Below, one piece after another: positions 28,356-42,187 of a DNA stretch of 64,000 bases; position 1 is the first letter of the stretch; each line of letters starts with the position of its first letter. A model generated the notes under the pieces. The model was not told where the DNA came from. It was given only the letters and a program-made list of their open reading frames with translations, and searched no databases. Location: NCBI GenBank assembly GCA_001938485.1, contig MQRK01248832.1, positions 30,690-94,689 on the forward strand. The letters are read 5' to 3'. The position numbers and the translations under genes were made by a program. This DNA is from Girardia tigrina. Lineage: Eukaryota.

Positions 28356-28639
28356 CAGTGTAGAGAAACCGTTGCGACGCGGCGCACTGGGGCGCCGCGC
28401 ACATTTTTTTAAAATATTTAAAATCGTTAAAGTAATTGTACTTGTTATTGAACAAGTTATTGAAGTATTGCTGTAGCAATATTAGTCGTATTTTTGCATC
28501 GTTGTAAAACACACAGTAAGTTTCGCACACAGTAATTGTAATTACCTACGAGTAAATTTATAGTGAGTCCCACAGGTGCGACGCGAAAAATAGTTTTAAG
28601 CTTAGTGTGCCGCAACTCGAAAAAGGTTGCCCGACACTG
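28356..28639. mobile_element. hAT/Charlie-type MITE
   Basis: CAGTGT...ACACTG ends; perfect 8-bp TSD ctttaagc. Confidence 0.9.
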
Positions 28640-29229
28640 CTTTAAGCCAATATTTAACTCTTAAAATATAAAGATATTCTTCATGACCAAAACTTATTTT
28701 GGGGATCATTAGGACTTATAATAATTGTGTTTTAAATATTTACAGAACATTACTTTTCAGAAATTTTAATAAATTATAAATAGGTTATACAGGTATAAAT
28801 ACAATTTTTCAGTGTTAAATTAAAATAATTTAATTCCAATTACTTAATAATTAAAAAATTAGATTATTATTTTTTTTATTTATTACTCGAAAATTTTAAT
28901 TAGAAATAATAATTGAGCAAATAATTAAATATTCATATACTTTTTATGTGTTTTTTTAAATATTTCTCAAAAGATTTTTAAATTTAAGTAAAAAAATTCA
29001 TTTCATTTTACATTGAAAATTTAATAATTAATTAAATTATAATTAAATTTTTGATATAAATAATTAATTGATTTAGTAATTTTTTGAGTTAATATTGCGA
29101 AATTGAATTTGTGATAAATATTAAAACTTTTAATTCTAATCTTTTGCAATATTTTCTAGGTTAATCCCTCAAAGAAGTGTCAAAGTAACAGTCATTTAAT
29201 CGTATTTATTTAACATTAAATACATTATT

Positions 29230-29890
29230 GCTTCTCGATTCAGCATCTTATGCCTTTGAGAAATTTTATTGTGTCTCAGCCTCCTCGGTCTTGAGTTCAG
29301 TAGTTCTCTCTTCATTATCTCTGGGTGTACTCAACTTGTTCTTTGACTGAGTTGCTTTTTGTAGAATGTATTTTCCACACAAAAACAACATAAAGCAGCC
29401 TTTCAATCAACAATTCTCAATTTTCCGATATTTTGGAACCGCTGGCATGTGCATCAATTTTGATGCTCATCCAATCTCTGGAATTCGTCTTCAACAAGCA
29501 ATTCTATTTTCAGTTCCTTTGAATATTGTCTTTCCTTGTCGATTGTGTTCTTCCAAATTTGATTATCATGTGTACACCATCAGTCAGTTGAAGTATACAC
29601 TACGATAGGCACGATTGATTGACTTTCTGATATATCTTCACACAAAAAGTGTCTCATTAAGAGGAATAAAGTCCAATTTCGTCAGTTCATTCTCTTTTAT
29701 CATCAATGCAACTCCTGTTTCTTTTCGCTCTAAGATTGTAAGGCCACTGTGAGAATTTGCCATTGTTTAAATTCAGAAGTTTCTGTTTACCTTTGTTTTC
29801 GTGGTCTCCAGAGCATTTGTCATCGATAATAATTTTTAGTCATTTAATCCACGGACATTTTATTTTCCCATTTTCAATCATCCGAGTTTT
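29230..29890 (-). pseudogene. Decayed APE endonuclease of an RTE-like LINE
   Basis: Minus strand G.*NVRGLND, ETGVALMI, IVVYTST, VENTFYKK motifs. Confidence 0.55.
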
Positions 29891-30129
29891 AGCCCTGTAT
29901 TCCCGAAATATGTCAGAAGTTTATTAACTTTAGGTTCAGCCAGACTCTTTGTATGAGTTTCTGAAGCTTTACATGTTTTCATAGACATGTTTGCTATCCC
30001 CTGAAGTTTTTTCTACTCGTTTGGTCTAAAGAAGGTAACTATATTTTCCACATCACATCGTGTGGAGGCGAGTAGTACATTCTACACCCACTCTCTAATA
30101 TACCATTTTTTACACCCATGATAATTAAT

Positions 30130-30420
30130 TTTTTAATCAGATTAAATTGCAATTCACAAATCTGTTTTGATCTATTTGAGAGGAAGCTTTGAACTTCGAA
30201 TGTCATTGAAACCACCTACACACTACCTTTATTCTTGCAAATACTGTTCTTATATGCAATATATCCTTCAGAATATGGTATTTTGATTATCTGTTTATGT
30301 TATTAATTTCTTTCTGTATTTCATCCATTCTTTACACGTGTATATTATTTTTCTACATCTTTTATTTATTTTACGTAGCTAATTGTCATAATTTGAATTT
30401 AAAACACAATCTTCAAACGA
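30130..30420 (-). pseudogene. PLE RT-endonuclease linker fragment
   Basis: Minus strand IKIPYSEGYIAYKNSI resembles TVPYSEGFKIFKNSI in ORF 34235. Confidence 0.5.
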
Positions 30421-30952
30421 GTAGATAATTTAAAAATCAAATGTCCCTATGGACCCGGTTTTTTAGTCTGAGATGTCCCAGAAAATTTGTAAAAAATATG
30501 TTTGATGGATTTTATATTGTCAATAATATTGACATTTCGCCAACCAGATTCGCTGTTTGTGAAATTTTATAAATAACATAAGTAAACAAATTTAATTTTT
30601 TAAAAATTATTTACGTTTTTTCACTAATTTTTTTTAAAAGCTAAATTTCTTTACATTTTATTGGAAATATTGGGGTTTATTTTATGTTCATTAGGGTTTT
30701 CTAATTATGAATATTTTGAAAAAATGGTTGGAAATGCAAAAATGTCGATGAAATATAATGTCAAAGACATAAATAATTTGATCTTACAGGTGTCTAACAC
30801 TTATGCTCAGGTTTTAAAAATAGACGGAAAGCCTAAATTAAACATTCATTTGCAAGGTATAATTAATTAATAAAGAAATATATATGAAGTTTTAATAAAA
30901 TATGTAAAATAGTTTATTAAAAATATAAAACAAAACTCCTTTTGAAGAAAGA

Positions 30953-32354
30953 TCTTCACTAACAACGTTTTTTTAACATTTAAGATTGTGGTCAATCTGG
31001 ATAGCCCGCATCAATACAATTTTGTCGGTGTAGCGCCTTTGCCCAATGACGCCCGGAAGCTGATGAAATCAATCGAAAACTTTACAAGTCGTTAAATGGC
31101 TATATTAACACCGATTTCGAATAATGACGATTTTGATGATTCCTACACGGAATTTCGTAACTAATTTTATGAAATTATCGATAAAATACTAATTCATTAG
31201 ATAAATGATGAATTTTATCACTTATTCACTAATTATTTTGCTAAAAATCGATTTTGTAAAAATTACAAATTTTCGTTATTAAGATATAGTATCAACAAAT
31301 AAAATGCAAAATTGCGGAGGAAGCGGACGTGATCAATCTGGATAGCCCGCATCAATAAAATTCTGTTGGTACAGCGCATTCGCCGAAAGACGCCCGGAAG
31401 TCGATGAAATCGATCGAAAACCGTACAAGTCGTTTAATGGTTAAATTAACACCGATTTCGAATAATGGCGATTTTTCGAATCCTACACGGAATTTCGTGA
31501 AAACTTTTATGAAATAATCAATAAAATACTAATTTATTTGATAAATGGCGATTTCTATCATTCATTTACTAATTACATTTCTAAAAATCAATTTACGTGA
31601 AATTTGCAAAATTTAATTATCATCTGATACACGGTTTGTCGGTGTGATGTTCCGATCAAATGACCGAAAAAAAATATATTTAATAAACAGTAGTTTAAAT
31701 AATATGTGGGTGATGTCATCTTTTTAAAAAAATACAATTTTAAATTTTGTAAGTTAATTTGTCTTATAATAAATGTCGGCTTTGTCATCTTTGTTTCGAC
31801 TTTGATTTTTTTTCAATTAATAAAAAATAACAACGTGCAAAATCATGCGCCGTATCGGAGATCTCCGCGCTCCCACCGACCGCAACAGAGCCGAAGAGAC
31901 GGGTTAGGAAGCCGTCACCGACTTGGTGAGAATTCAAAGTGTATGGACGCGCCGACCGGTGGCAATCGTGCTCAACCGGTTCATGACGTCCACCGAACTG
32001 GCCGATCAATTCTACCATCCGGCATCTTCCCGGACAAGTAAGAGGTGCTGGCCACCGCCACTCGCTCCGGCAGCCGGCACCTCAGTCGGTCAATCTCAAA
32101 TTTGTTTATGAAAATATATATGCTGATAAAATGAGAAATATTGGAGGCAAAGTGATTGAATCCGTGGAAATTTGAGATTGTTCTACATAGTCCGCATCGA
32201 GATTGGAGCCGATTTATTTGACTGATTGTTGAATTAACACAGAATTCAAAACAATTAATAATAAAGTATAATAATTACGATTTAAAATTTAAAACAGAAA
32301 CTTTCAAAGTCGAAAATTCAGCTCACCCGTCATATATGACGAGCAATTTTCTAG
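30953..32354 (+). mobile_element. Non-autonomous Helitron-like element with internal ~341-bp duplication
   Basis: A|TCTTCACTAA 5' end; 3' hairpin ccgtcatatatgacg followed by CTAG|T; direct repeats begin at ~30988 and ~31329. Confidence 0.7.
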
Positions 32355-34234
32355 TATATAAATGGTTTGTGCAAAAGAAAAATTGTTCTACTAAAATTTT
32401 TTCGAAAAATATGTTATTGTGTTATATTAATCAATTTTTTGTGTTATTACTTCAACTGTTCATATCGAACACATTAAATAAAATATAAGACAAAGTAGAA
32501 ACAATCAAAATAGAAAAGATAAATCTGAGCAACAAATTAAGAAATAAAAAATAATTTTTTTTATTTAATTAATAAATTTATATTTTTTAGTTCTGTTGTT
32601 TGAAGTAAATATTTCTTCATTCGATTTTCATTTGTTTTTTCAATTGAATTTGTTTTTCTTATCGATATAAACAAAACACAATTTAATTGAATTCAGCGAT
32701 TTATTAATTAAATTTTAATTTAATTCTTAGCAATGAATAAACAAGAAGTAAAAATACAAAATAAATTTTTGATTTACCACATTTATTTTTTTATAGAATT
32801 AAAATTATTTATTCATCATATTTTCGATTTTTTGTCCGATTTTAAAATACTTCATCTTTGGTATTGATGGGTGACAAAGTGAAAATAAGTTTATTATTTT
32901 AGTTTTATCAAAAAATTGGAAATTAAAATAAATAATTATACTTTGAGAAATCGAGATAATCTTGGTGGTTGTTTATTAAAGACAACCAGAAAAAAGGATC
33001 CAAATAATCAAAAGAAATGGAATGTACAATGAAACGTATGAGAAACTAAACATTAACGACATTGACTTTGGTTCAGTATTTCAGAAGGGACAAAAGATAT
33101 ATGAATTAATTCCAAAATAAAACTCAGAATTTCGTTAAAAATGTTAATAAAATATTAGAACATTTATCAGATTCCAACCTTATTTATAGAATTTAAATTA
33201 AATCAAGAAAAGAAACGAATACAATTAAATATAAATTCAAATGATAATATCTTTCAAATTAAAAAGAAGATTTGTTCTTAATTATCAAATACAAAATAAA
33301 AATTGTAACAATTATAAAAAAAATCAGTATCGAATTTACCATTTAAAAATTATATTTAAGACAAGAAATAACAAGAAAGAACTTGACGATAGACAAATTG
33401 AAGACAAAGAAAAGAAAAAAAGGATTCTAAATAAAAAAAAGAAGAGAAATGGGAAATTAGATTCTCGCAAGCCGATAGATAAAATCACAGTAACCCTCTA
33501 GAATTATATTACCACGAAATAATGCAGTGCAATTAACTAAGACTAATTTTGCGTCAAGTATTTCGGAATCCCCTTTCAATGAACTGTTAGTGTCTTATCG
33601 ATTATCTGTTTATTTTATAAACGGTCTGATTCATTATCGTTAATAATATATTTTCAGTAATAATAAAAACTAAAATCAGAACTATTTATCTCTTTTTTCT
33701 TTCCATAACAAACTCTTATTAGTAAAAAATAAAACAAATAATATATTAAAATCAAAATTTGAAAGCCAATTGAACATATTTATTAATTTCGACGGTTTAA
33801 CCGTCATCGTGAAACATGAAAGAAACAGTTGCCGTTGATGTCGTTAAGTCTGTTAACAAGAAACAGCCTGAAGTGGCCAAGGGTAAAACCGTCAAAGGAA
33901 CGAAGTAAATTGTATATGAAATAAAATTGTGGATCCAGTTGAGTTATTATTTACTGTGTGATATATTGATTTCTTTGTTTGAATGTGACCAGTACTCACA
34001 CTTAGCAAGATCTGTGAAATATATAAAAGCAAATCGGTTTTTTTAAATTGATATTATTTCGGTCAGCGATATATAGGCATATTGAAATTTTTTGTGTTTT
34101 TGTCTATATTCGCAGTTTTTTTTAATGATTGAAATGTACTGATGTGATTTGTTATATATATGGAGCGATGGCGGTATGTGTGACATGTATCGACAAATTG
34201 ATTTTTTAAAGGTCAATTTGATAATGATAAAAGT

Positions 34235-34651
34235 TTGGGAATTGGTTATGTGTTAACTGTGCCATATTCAGAGGGGTTTAAAATATTTAAAAATTCTATT
34301 TTGAAAGCCTTAGATAATGCAATAAGTTTAAAAGTAATATCCCGGACCCAGAATACATGTATTTACCAATATGCATGTAATGAGTGTAACGCCACATACA
34401 TTGGAGAGACTTCACGTCATCTCTGTAAGAAAATCCAGGAACACAGTCGCAATGAAGGTGGAAGTAACATTGCAGGACATAGAAGATATTGTAAAGGAGA
34501 TATAACTTCACAACACTTTAAAATTCTGTGCACTCAATTTAAAAATTATTGGGAGAGAGTGAAATGTGAAGCGTTATATATAAGATCTTTAGATCCTAAA
34601 ATTAACGTTCAAACTGCACTCTCTACAACTTTGTTGAGAGTTTTTAAATGA
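34235..34651 (+). pseudogene. PLE GIY-YIG endonuclease domain
   Basis: CIYQYACNECNATYIGETSRHL..KIQEH...CEALYIRSLDPKINVQ. Confidence 0.9.
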
Positions 34652-34709
34652 TGTACTGATTACGTATTGATTACATAATCATTAACTGCATTTTATAAGT
34701 AAATTTCGT

Positions 34710-34770
34710 TTGAAAAATCATTTGTTCTGACGATGACGGTTAAACCGTCGAAATTAATAAATATTTTCAA
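34710..34770 (+). ncRNA. Hammerhead ribozyme in PLE pLTR
   Basis: tgtt-CTGACGA-t-gacggt(taa)accgtc-GAAA-ttaa-TA-aata; stem I extended by ttgaaaa/ttttcaa. Confidence 0.8.
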
Positions 34771-36897
34771 TTGGCTTTCGAATTTTGATTTTAATAATCT
34801 GCCAATTTTTTTTCAATTTATTCACAAATAATTTATTTTTATTAAATTGATAGATTTTTTATTAGGGGTCTATAAGTGCGAGAAAATAGAAACCGAGTTC
34901 GCTCATGGCGGCGGTTTAAGGTTTACACAATACTTGCGATAACAAAAAGAAAAGGAATTCAAAATTAAATATGGATTTTTAATTTTTCACTAAAATCAAT
35001 TGGAAAAATGAGAATGATTGAATAATTTGTTGAATATGAATTATTAATTTTGTTTTTAATATCACCCCATGACCATGGAGACTTAAGAAAAAAAATAAAT
35101 TTATGACGGTGTTAGTCAATCATAACTTACAAAATAAAAATAGTAATACTAACCGTTTGATGCGACTCTCTGCCATATATCGAGTAGATTTCACATCTTG
35201 CTCTCGGAGGCCCACTTATCTTTACACTCGAGAAATACTAATCCATCACAAAGTGAATCACTACTCAAAATTCGCATCATTTGCCATGATTCTGCAACAT
35301 TATATCTGCGTAAAATGCTTTTGAACACGCCCCCGTTTGGCACGCAGTTAAAAAAATTAATTCAGAAAAAATAAAGCTCAAAATTTATTTAATTATATCG
35401 AAAAAAATATTTGACCCTTTGTTGGATTTTAGAATATTTTCTTAAAAAATGATATAAAAAATCAACATGCAAAGAATGAATTGTTGGGTATTTGAATTAA
35501 AACTCGGTTTTATCCTTGTTATTATTAAATTTCTAATCTGACTCCAAAACGACCAAAATGTTTCTTCCAACAATAATATATGAAGAATGAACACAAATCC
35601 TTTTAATATACTTTATTTGTAAATGACAACTTGAGCACAAAATTAAATCGAAACTTTAACAATAAATCAATATTTTGAATCACACTCAACCAGCACAAAC
35701 CAATATCAATTTAGAACGAGCAATACCTGAAAATCAAGATCAAATTTTTCTCCTTTACAGGATACTAGTTTTGATAAGTAACATAAAAATTAAAGGAAGA
35801 AAGATTACCGTAAATCATAATAAAGTTTAAAGATTTAATGAGGTCCGCAAGTATAATTTTGTCCGTAATTTTGTTGTGAATATGACTGAAAAAATTATTG
35901 TGTATACACTAGTTTTTAAATAACCTTGAAAATTAGTTTGCTAAAACAATTCTAAAAATATTCTACAAATTTTATTAAAATAACTATTATGATAAAAAAA
36001 ATTATTAATTTTAACCAAAGAATAATTTTTAATTTTTCTATTAGATTTTAAAATTTTAATTTATATTTTTCGGAACCCCAACAGAATTAATAATGATCAA
36101 CAATATTTACTATAAAATTATATTAACAGTATTATAAGCAATAATATTTTTACGCTTGATTTGGTATATCACGTAAGCCATGTTTTATAATGGGCTTTTA
36201 CTGCAGCATTATGATAAATAGAGTACCTTCTTTAGACCAGACAAATTTAGTTTCATCCCTGTCCATCTGCCAAGCTGGCCTGTGGCGTTGATGTGATTTT
36301 AGATTTCGACAAAATAATACGAAAATCTATAGTATCTTAAAAGTATATCACTCGTTCTACCTTTAGTCATCAATCAATCAAATTGTATTGGCATATTATA
36401 TTTTAATGGCAAACTTTAAATGAGCTGAGTCATTCCCCGTTGAAATTTATTATGGACAAGTGACAAGGTCTTTTTATGATAAAAGATCGCAAGTGAAGGC
36501 TCTTCCTATGGGTGGCAAACATTCAGTCCACCAAATCATCAACATCTCCAATTCGAGTTTTGGAAGAGTTGTCATGGTCAATGTTAAGGTTTTAAAGCTC
36601 TCATAAGTTCTAAATATTATAATTAAAACTTGTAAAATGTAAGTTTTAACTTAGAATGTAAGTTTTTAAAACATATGAATATAAAATTAGACTTTAAGAA
36701 AAATCTAAATATAAAACAAATTTTAAAATGTAGTTCTAAAATTTTAGAATGCAATTTTTACACGTGAAATTCTTACAATAAAATTTTAAAAAATTTAAAC
36801 GGAAAACGTAATTTAAATATCTAATATGACTTATAGATTGTAAAATGCATTTTAAAAATTTAAATTTTTAAATATTCTTATTTGTATTAAAGTAGAT

Positions 36898-37516
36898 CAG
36901 TGGTGGCCAAACTGGGTGTTGCGGCGAGCCTTCAAGGGTGTCGCGAAAATTTTTCAAAACTATCAAAAATATTCACTTTTTGGAAAAAAATCTTTAGGTA
37001 TTATAATGCTGGATTAAATAGTGAGTAGTACTCACTGAGTACTATTTCCAACCATTTTACAAGATTTATAGTTGGTTGTTAGTTTCGGTTTAACGACCTA
37101 TTTGAAAAATATTTTTTTTTCAAAACAATCCACTGAACGAAGAAATCAAAAACAACTTTTCTGCTGATTTTTAAAGAGATTTTTACGCGTAAGTAATTGT
37201 TTTATCATACTACTAACGCCTTGTTACAATTCNNNNNNNNNNNNNNNNNNNNNNNNNNNNNNNNNNNNNNNNNNNNNNNNNNNNNNNNNNNNNCAGTTAA
37301 ATACACCTGTAAATATTTGCTTTTTAGTAAGTATTTATCTTTTATTTCTTCTTAACTGCCATGTGAATAGGATTTTAGGATTTTTTTATGCTTTTTATTG
37401 AAAAATACATCAATTCCAAATTTAAAATTTGTCTTACAATTAAAGGCATATGGGTGTCTCGAAATTTTTCCGTTTACAAAAAGGTGTCGCGGCGCAAAAA
37501 AAGTTGGCCACCACTG
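36898..37516. mobile_element. hAT/Charlie-type MITE
   Basis: CAGTGGTGGCCAA/TTGGCCACCACTG TIRs; 8-bp TSD aagtagat/cagtagat. Confidence 0.85.
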
Positions 37517-37933
37517 CAGTAGATTTATAAGGATTGTGTAAAATATTATGCGCAATAATTTGTTTGAAAAAAAAAGATTTTGTGAAATTTGAAGAATTAT
37601 AACAACTTTCAATTTGAGTTTGAAATTAAATATGGAATCGACTGAAAATCTCGAACATTATAATCCAGAAGGCATTCACAACTGATTCTTCGAAATAAAA
37701 AATGATAAAATAAAAAAATAGATATACCTTAACCAGTAGGGTAATGTTGGCCATCTTTCATTTTCTACAAAAATTCAAAAAATTACTGCGAAGCTATGAT
37801 TTTGATTAAGAAGGGATGATAATTCGATGTTCGTCCCTAGCTCCATACTGCTGAAATACTGTTTGCAAAACTTTACGCTTTGCCTTTAGACGAGGAGTCG
37901 AAAATCCTATATCCTATTGCAATAGCTGTCAGG

Positions 37934-38608
37934 CGTGGTACGTTAAAACGTCGAAAAAGATTTTTTAATTATAAAGAAAACCAGTCAATTCCAAAACATA
38001 TGTTTCTGGATTTCTATTGGCTCGGTCTATTAAAAAGCTATTAATTTTTTGTTAAAAACCAAATATTTCTTTTCTCTCCTAATGGTTTCACCATTCGTCA
38101 ACATAAGGAATTTTTGAAAACACGACCTTTCTTCAAATTTTACTTTTTGCATAACATTTTTAAGTGTTCTTTTCAAATTATCAAATATATTTCTCAATGA
38201 ATTGTACCATCCTTCAATGGCATTATTAGTTCTTGGAATATCATTAAAAAGACATGTTCTAGCATGCCATAAATGCAATAGAAAACTGACCCTACCTACA
38301 ATTTCATCAAGTTCCGTTCCCATATAACATTCATGAAAATTTGAGTAAATTTCTGAAAGTCAATTTGGAAACGACTCACCTAATTTTAAAAAATTGAAAA
38401 CATTTCTAATATGTTGTTTATTAATTGTTCGGAGATTAAATTTCAAAAATAATTTTAATTTTCGGTGATCAAAATAATAATTAAAGTATATTTAGAAATT
38501 TCATTAATTTATTCATTCATTCACTTAAGCATTATTTATTATCATTTCATTTAATGTTTTATTAAAACTTTTTTTCGATGTTTTTTTTCGACGTTTTAAC
38601 GTGGTACC
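37934..38608 (-). mobile_element. Internally deleted MULE
   Basis: TIR core acgttaaaacgtcgaaaaa; 9-bp TSD gctgtcagg/actgtcagg; PRTNNAIEGWYN. Confidence 0.85.
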
Positions 38609-39654
38609 ACTGTCAGGTGTCACACTAGTCATAATCAAAGAAAGGATCAATAAAAATATTTTTGGTAAAGCCGGCCCTACAATTGCATACAACTACCGAT
38701 CTCTAATTACCGCAAAAAATGACAATTTGTTTGTTTAATACCATCGGCGCGACGGACGGGGAAGACCGCAGCACTGAATGACCGAGCCATGATAAGAGCT
38801 TTTCCATAACGCCTTTAAATTACTACAATTCAAGTGGTTATGGAATGGGAGCCTCGACTGCATGTGGAGGGGCGAACAAACTCAGCAGTGACTTTGGTCT
38901 TTTAGTTCGCAATTACCTGTACTTTGACGAAGGCCTATATTAAATTACTAAATTTTTGAAATGTATTTTGTTATATATTTTTTATGAACAACTCTTAAAC
39001 CGATTTCACAATAATTTTTAGTTTCCGTACAGTTTAATTTTATTTTAATTTTAAATTACTGTAACAAACTACAAATTACAAAAGAAGGAAAATTAAATAA
39101 TAATTAAATTACAATTATTTCTTCCTTTTAAATTGTATTTGGACGCTGCAAAGTCGATGCTCAATACAGCAAAGATTGCTCAAATAATATTAAAACGTAA
39201 AATCAGTGAAATTAAAGAAAAATAGAAATCCTTCAAGAAGTAAATTAAGCCAAATTTCCTTTAATTTGCCGATTGTTTTTGAAATTCCTTACAAAAGAAA
39301 TCGATAAAACTTTATCAATAAAATATAATTTTGACTTAAAATTGAACAGTAGAACATATTGAGTTACGTTTATGTTTAATTAAATGAAAAACAAAGTTCC
39401 TTTTAAAATACCGAGGACTTGTAATATTTTTTTGTAATATTTTTTTGTATTAATATCGAATTAATTCACTTTTTCTTTTGATATTCTCTAATTTGTTTTA
39501 TAAATTTTACCTCTGATTGTTTTATTTTTATTGATTTATTTTATATTTGTCTTAAATTTAAGAAAATATTCATTTCTATTTTTGCTTTCGAATAGTGAGG
39601 ATATAAATATATTTTCAAGTATATAAAAAGAATGGGAGTTTTATGCTCGCCATA

Positions 39655-40229
39655 AAGACGTGTCTTGATATTACGAATTTCAAGGGACCGACAAAAACTT
39701 GTTATATCGAAAATCCCACTAGGAATCCCATTATAATCAGGGATTCCGCTAGAAATTCGAATTTGGTAGTTGTTTCAACAAGATTTAGGGGTAATTATGC
39801 AATGAAAGTAATGTAATGAACCTGAAACATACAAAATGTATATTAAGCAAAAAGAAAATCCACATTGATAAATAAAAATCAGTTATTTGCTCTGCTTTGT
39901 ATTCTGCATTCGACTTTCGAGTATCCTTCTTCAGTTGGGTTGTTATCATTTTTCACTTTTTCCATTAAAAAAGTTTTTAAAATTTTTATTTTAAAACCTT
40001 CATAAATCTTTTTTATGTTATATCCTCCATTTCGATTTTTTCGTATGATATTTATAATATTCCTACTCTGACTTCGTAATATCTAAAATAAAAATATCGA
40101 AAAATTCATTATAACGAAGTGTAAAATTCGTTTTTTCGTAAAAGTATTTCTATACAGTTTTATGGCCGGTCAACCATCTCTTAAAAATGATTTTATTGTA
40201 TTGACGTTCGTTATATTGACACTCGACTG
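39655..40229. mobile_element. Tigger/pogo-like non-autonomous element
   Basis: Right end ttcgttatattgacactcgactg and repeated gttatatcg/ataacga motifs; left end degenerate. Confidence 0.5.
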
Positions 40230-40269
40230 AAAAATTATTTCCGGTTTTTTTATCTAAATAACTTGATAT

Positions 40270-41305
40270 ATTACCGAAATTTCTTAAACCAAATGTTCTA
40301 AAACAACAATTGCTAAACTAAAATTTCCAAAATCAAAATTTCTAAAACGAGAATTTCTGAAATTAAAATTTCTTTTTCTCTAAATAATAAACCAAATTCT
40401 TCTATGACAGACTTTGAATTTTCAATGAAAAGAGCAGTTTCATCCATTTCTCCAAATTCTAGTCATTGAGACTGTTATTATCATTTTTCTCAATGCGATT
40501 GGAGACACATTGTTCTATTGGATTAAAGTCTCAATATGAGAGCGATAAAAACTATCAACAGTCGATGAAAAAATTAGTTCTTCAGCATTCGTTCTTTCAA
40601 CACATGTTGTGAGGTATTTTGAAGTACTTTGGGATTCATCTTCAATTTATTCAGAACTAGACATGTTGAGGCTTGTTAGTTATTTTGAGGATAATTGGAT
40701 TGGAAGATGTGACCATCATGGAAATCGCAGAAAACCTAAATTTCCACTTAACATGTCGAATTCTTATGATAATGTTATAATCGGACTCCCAAGAACCAAT
40801 AATAATATCGAAAGATCGCATCGAGGTTTTAGTGAATTAATAACATCATTTACCCTAAAAAAGAAAAAAATAATACTGAAATAAAACTTCAAAAAATTTT
40901 AAGTGATCAGCAGTTAACGAAAAGAGTTAGTAAATATCAGTTACTAAACGAACGACTAGGCCTAATTATTCAAGTTTGGAAAGAAAATATTAATCCATAT
41001 CAATATTTAACGACAATTTTAGGTATAATACAATATTCAAAAATTGCTTATCTGATTTATTTTATTATGTAAATTTAGCAAAGTTTTATTTTATTTTTAT
41101 ATTTTTTCTGAAAAGAAAATAAGTCGGTTTAATAATAAACGTTTATGTGATTTTACTAAGATTTTAAGAAATATGTAGACGAACATAAAAATGTAGTTTA
41201 GGTTTATAAATTTTATTTCAAAAAATTTGCAGTAAGAAATTCTCGTTTTAGAAATTTTAGTTTAGAAATTATCATTTTAGGAAATTTGATTTTAAAAATT
41301 ATCCA
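40270..41305 (+). mobile_element. MULE remnant with tandem-repeat TIRs
   Basis: MTDFE, YYHFSQ, YFEDNWIG, LPRTNNNIE; ~15-bp units (ttctaaaacgagaat) inverted at both ends. Confidence 0.75.
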
Positions 41306-41584
41306 CCAAAATCAATAATTTCTGTTAACTCTCCCCCTAAAAAAAGAAGTCAATAAATCAATTTTAATGTGAGAAGAATATAATTTGAAATTCTTGAACA
41401 TGCTTTGTATTTGAAATTTTTAATACAAATATAATAGCAAATACAATAAATGTTCAGAAAAATAATGTTTTTATTGGTATATGTTTTAGAAGTGTATTAT
41501 ACTTTTTCCATGCTTTATATTAGTTTCTTTATATAAATGTACCATTGAATTTAGAAACCTATTTTCAAAGGCAAGTATATAAAT

Positions 41585-42187
41585 AAAGCATGTGATCAAG
41601 AAATAGAAACACAGATACATATTCTATGTTGGTGTAAACCCAACAGCACTCTGATACAGGCGAGACATAATGCAATCGCAGAAATCGTCACAGATGCTTT
41701 ACTTCCAGAGAAACCGATTTTAAAAATCATCATGAATCAAGAATGTGCTTGGTTTGTGTCGGGAAGCCGGGTTGATTTACAAGTTTATAAACATGGAACC
41801 AAAGAACTCTGGATTATAGATATAAAAACCCCTTATGACACAATCAAAGCACTTAACGATGCCAGAGATAACAACAAAAAGAAATATAAAAGTCTGCTAA
41901 CTGAAGCAAAGGCGGCTCGTAAAGGATGGACTGTAATATTAGGAGCAATTGTTGTCGGCTGTTTAGGATCCTGGCCCGCCGATAATGATAACCTGCTTAA
42001 AAACAAATTACATCTTTCAGGTACAACTATAAAGAATTTAACCAAAATGTGCATAGTGTCGAATATCAAATATTCCAACTCGACATGGTATAAACACAAT
42101 ACCAGTCAATATAACCCACTGATGTCAAATGCGGTGACCACAAATCTTACCTACACAGTCACGGCATATGCACCAGAAGCCGGTTGA
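41585..42187 (+). mobile_element. 3' fragment of an RLE-type non-LTR retrotransposon (NeSL/R2/Utopia-like)
   Basis: In frame from ~41585: CDQEIETQIHILCWC zinc knuckle, ARHNAI, RVDL...IIDIKTPYD, KKKY, IVVGCLGSW. Confidence 0.85.

Larger units (their letters stand above)
33744..34796 (+). mobile_element. 5'-truncated Penelope-like element with inverted partial pLTR
   Basis: ~66-bp inverted repeat 33744-33810 vs 34730-34796 flanks a C-terminal GIY-YIG ORF. Confidence 0.85.

Noticed and set aside
30000-30120. Possible HDV-like ribozyme at the 5' end of the RTE-like LINE (minus strand ctcgcctccac...)
   Set aside because: Could not build the nested double pseudoknot by eye; too degenerate.
31706-32111. 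Overlapping ORFs in the GC-rich island
   Set aside because: Expected from high GC inside a Helitron-like repeat; no recognisable domain.
32960-33560. Lys-rich ORF as a possible PLE N-terminal region
   Set aside because: Plausible from position, but low complexity and no diagnostic motif.
40270-40375. Short periodic repeats resembling a CRISPR array
   Set aside because: ~15-bp tandem units without spacers that form MULE TIRs; eukaryotic context.
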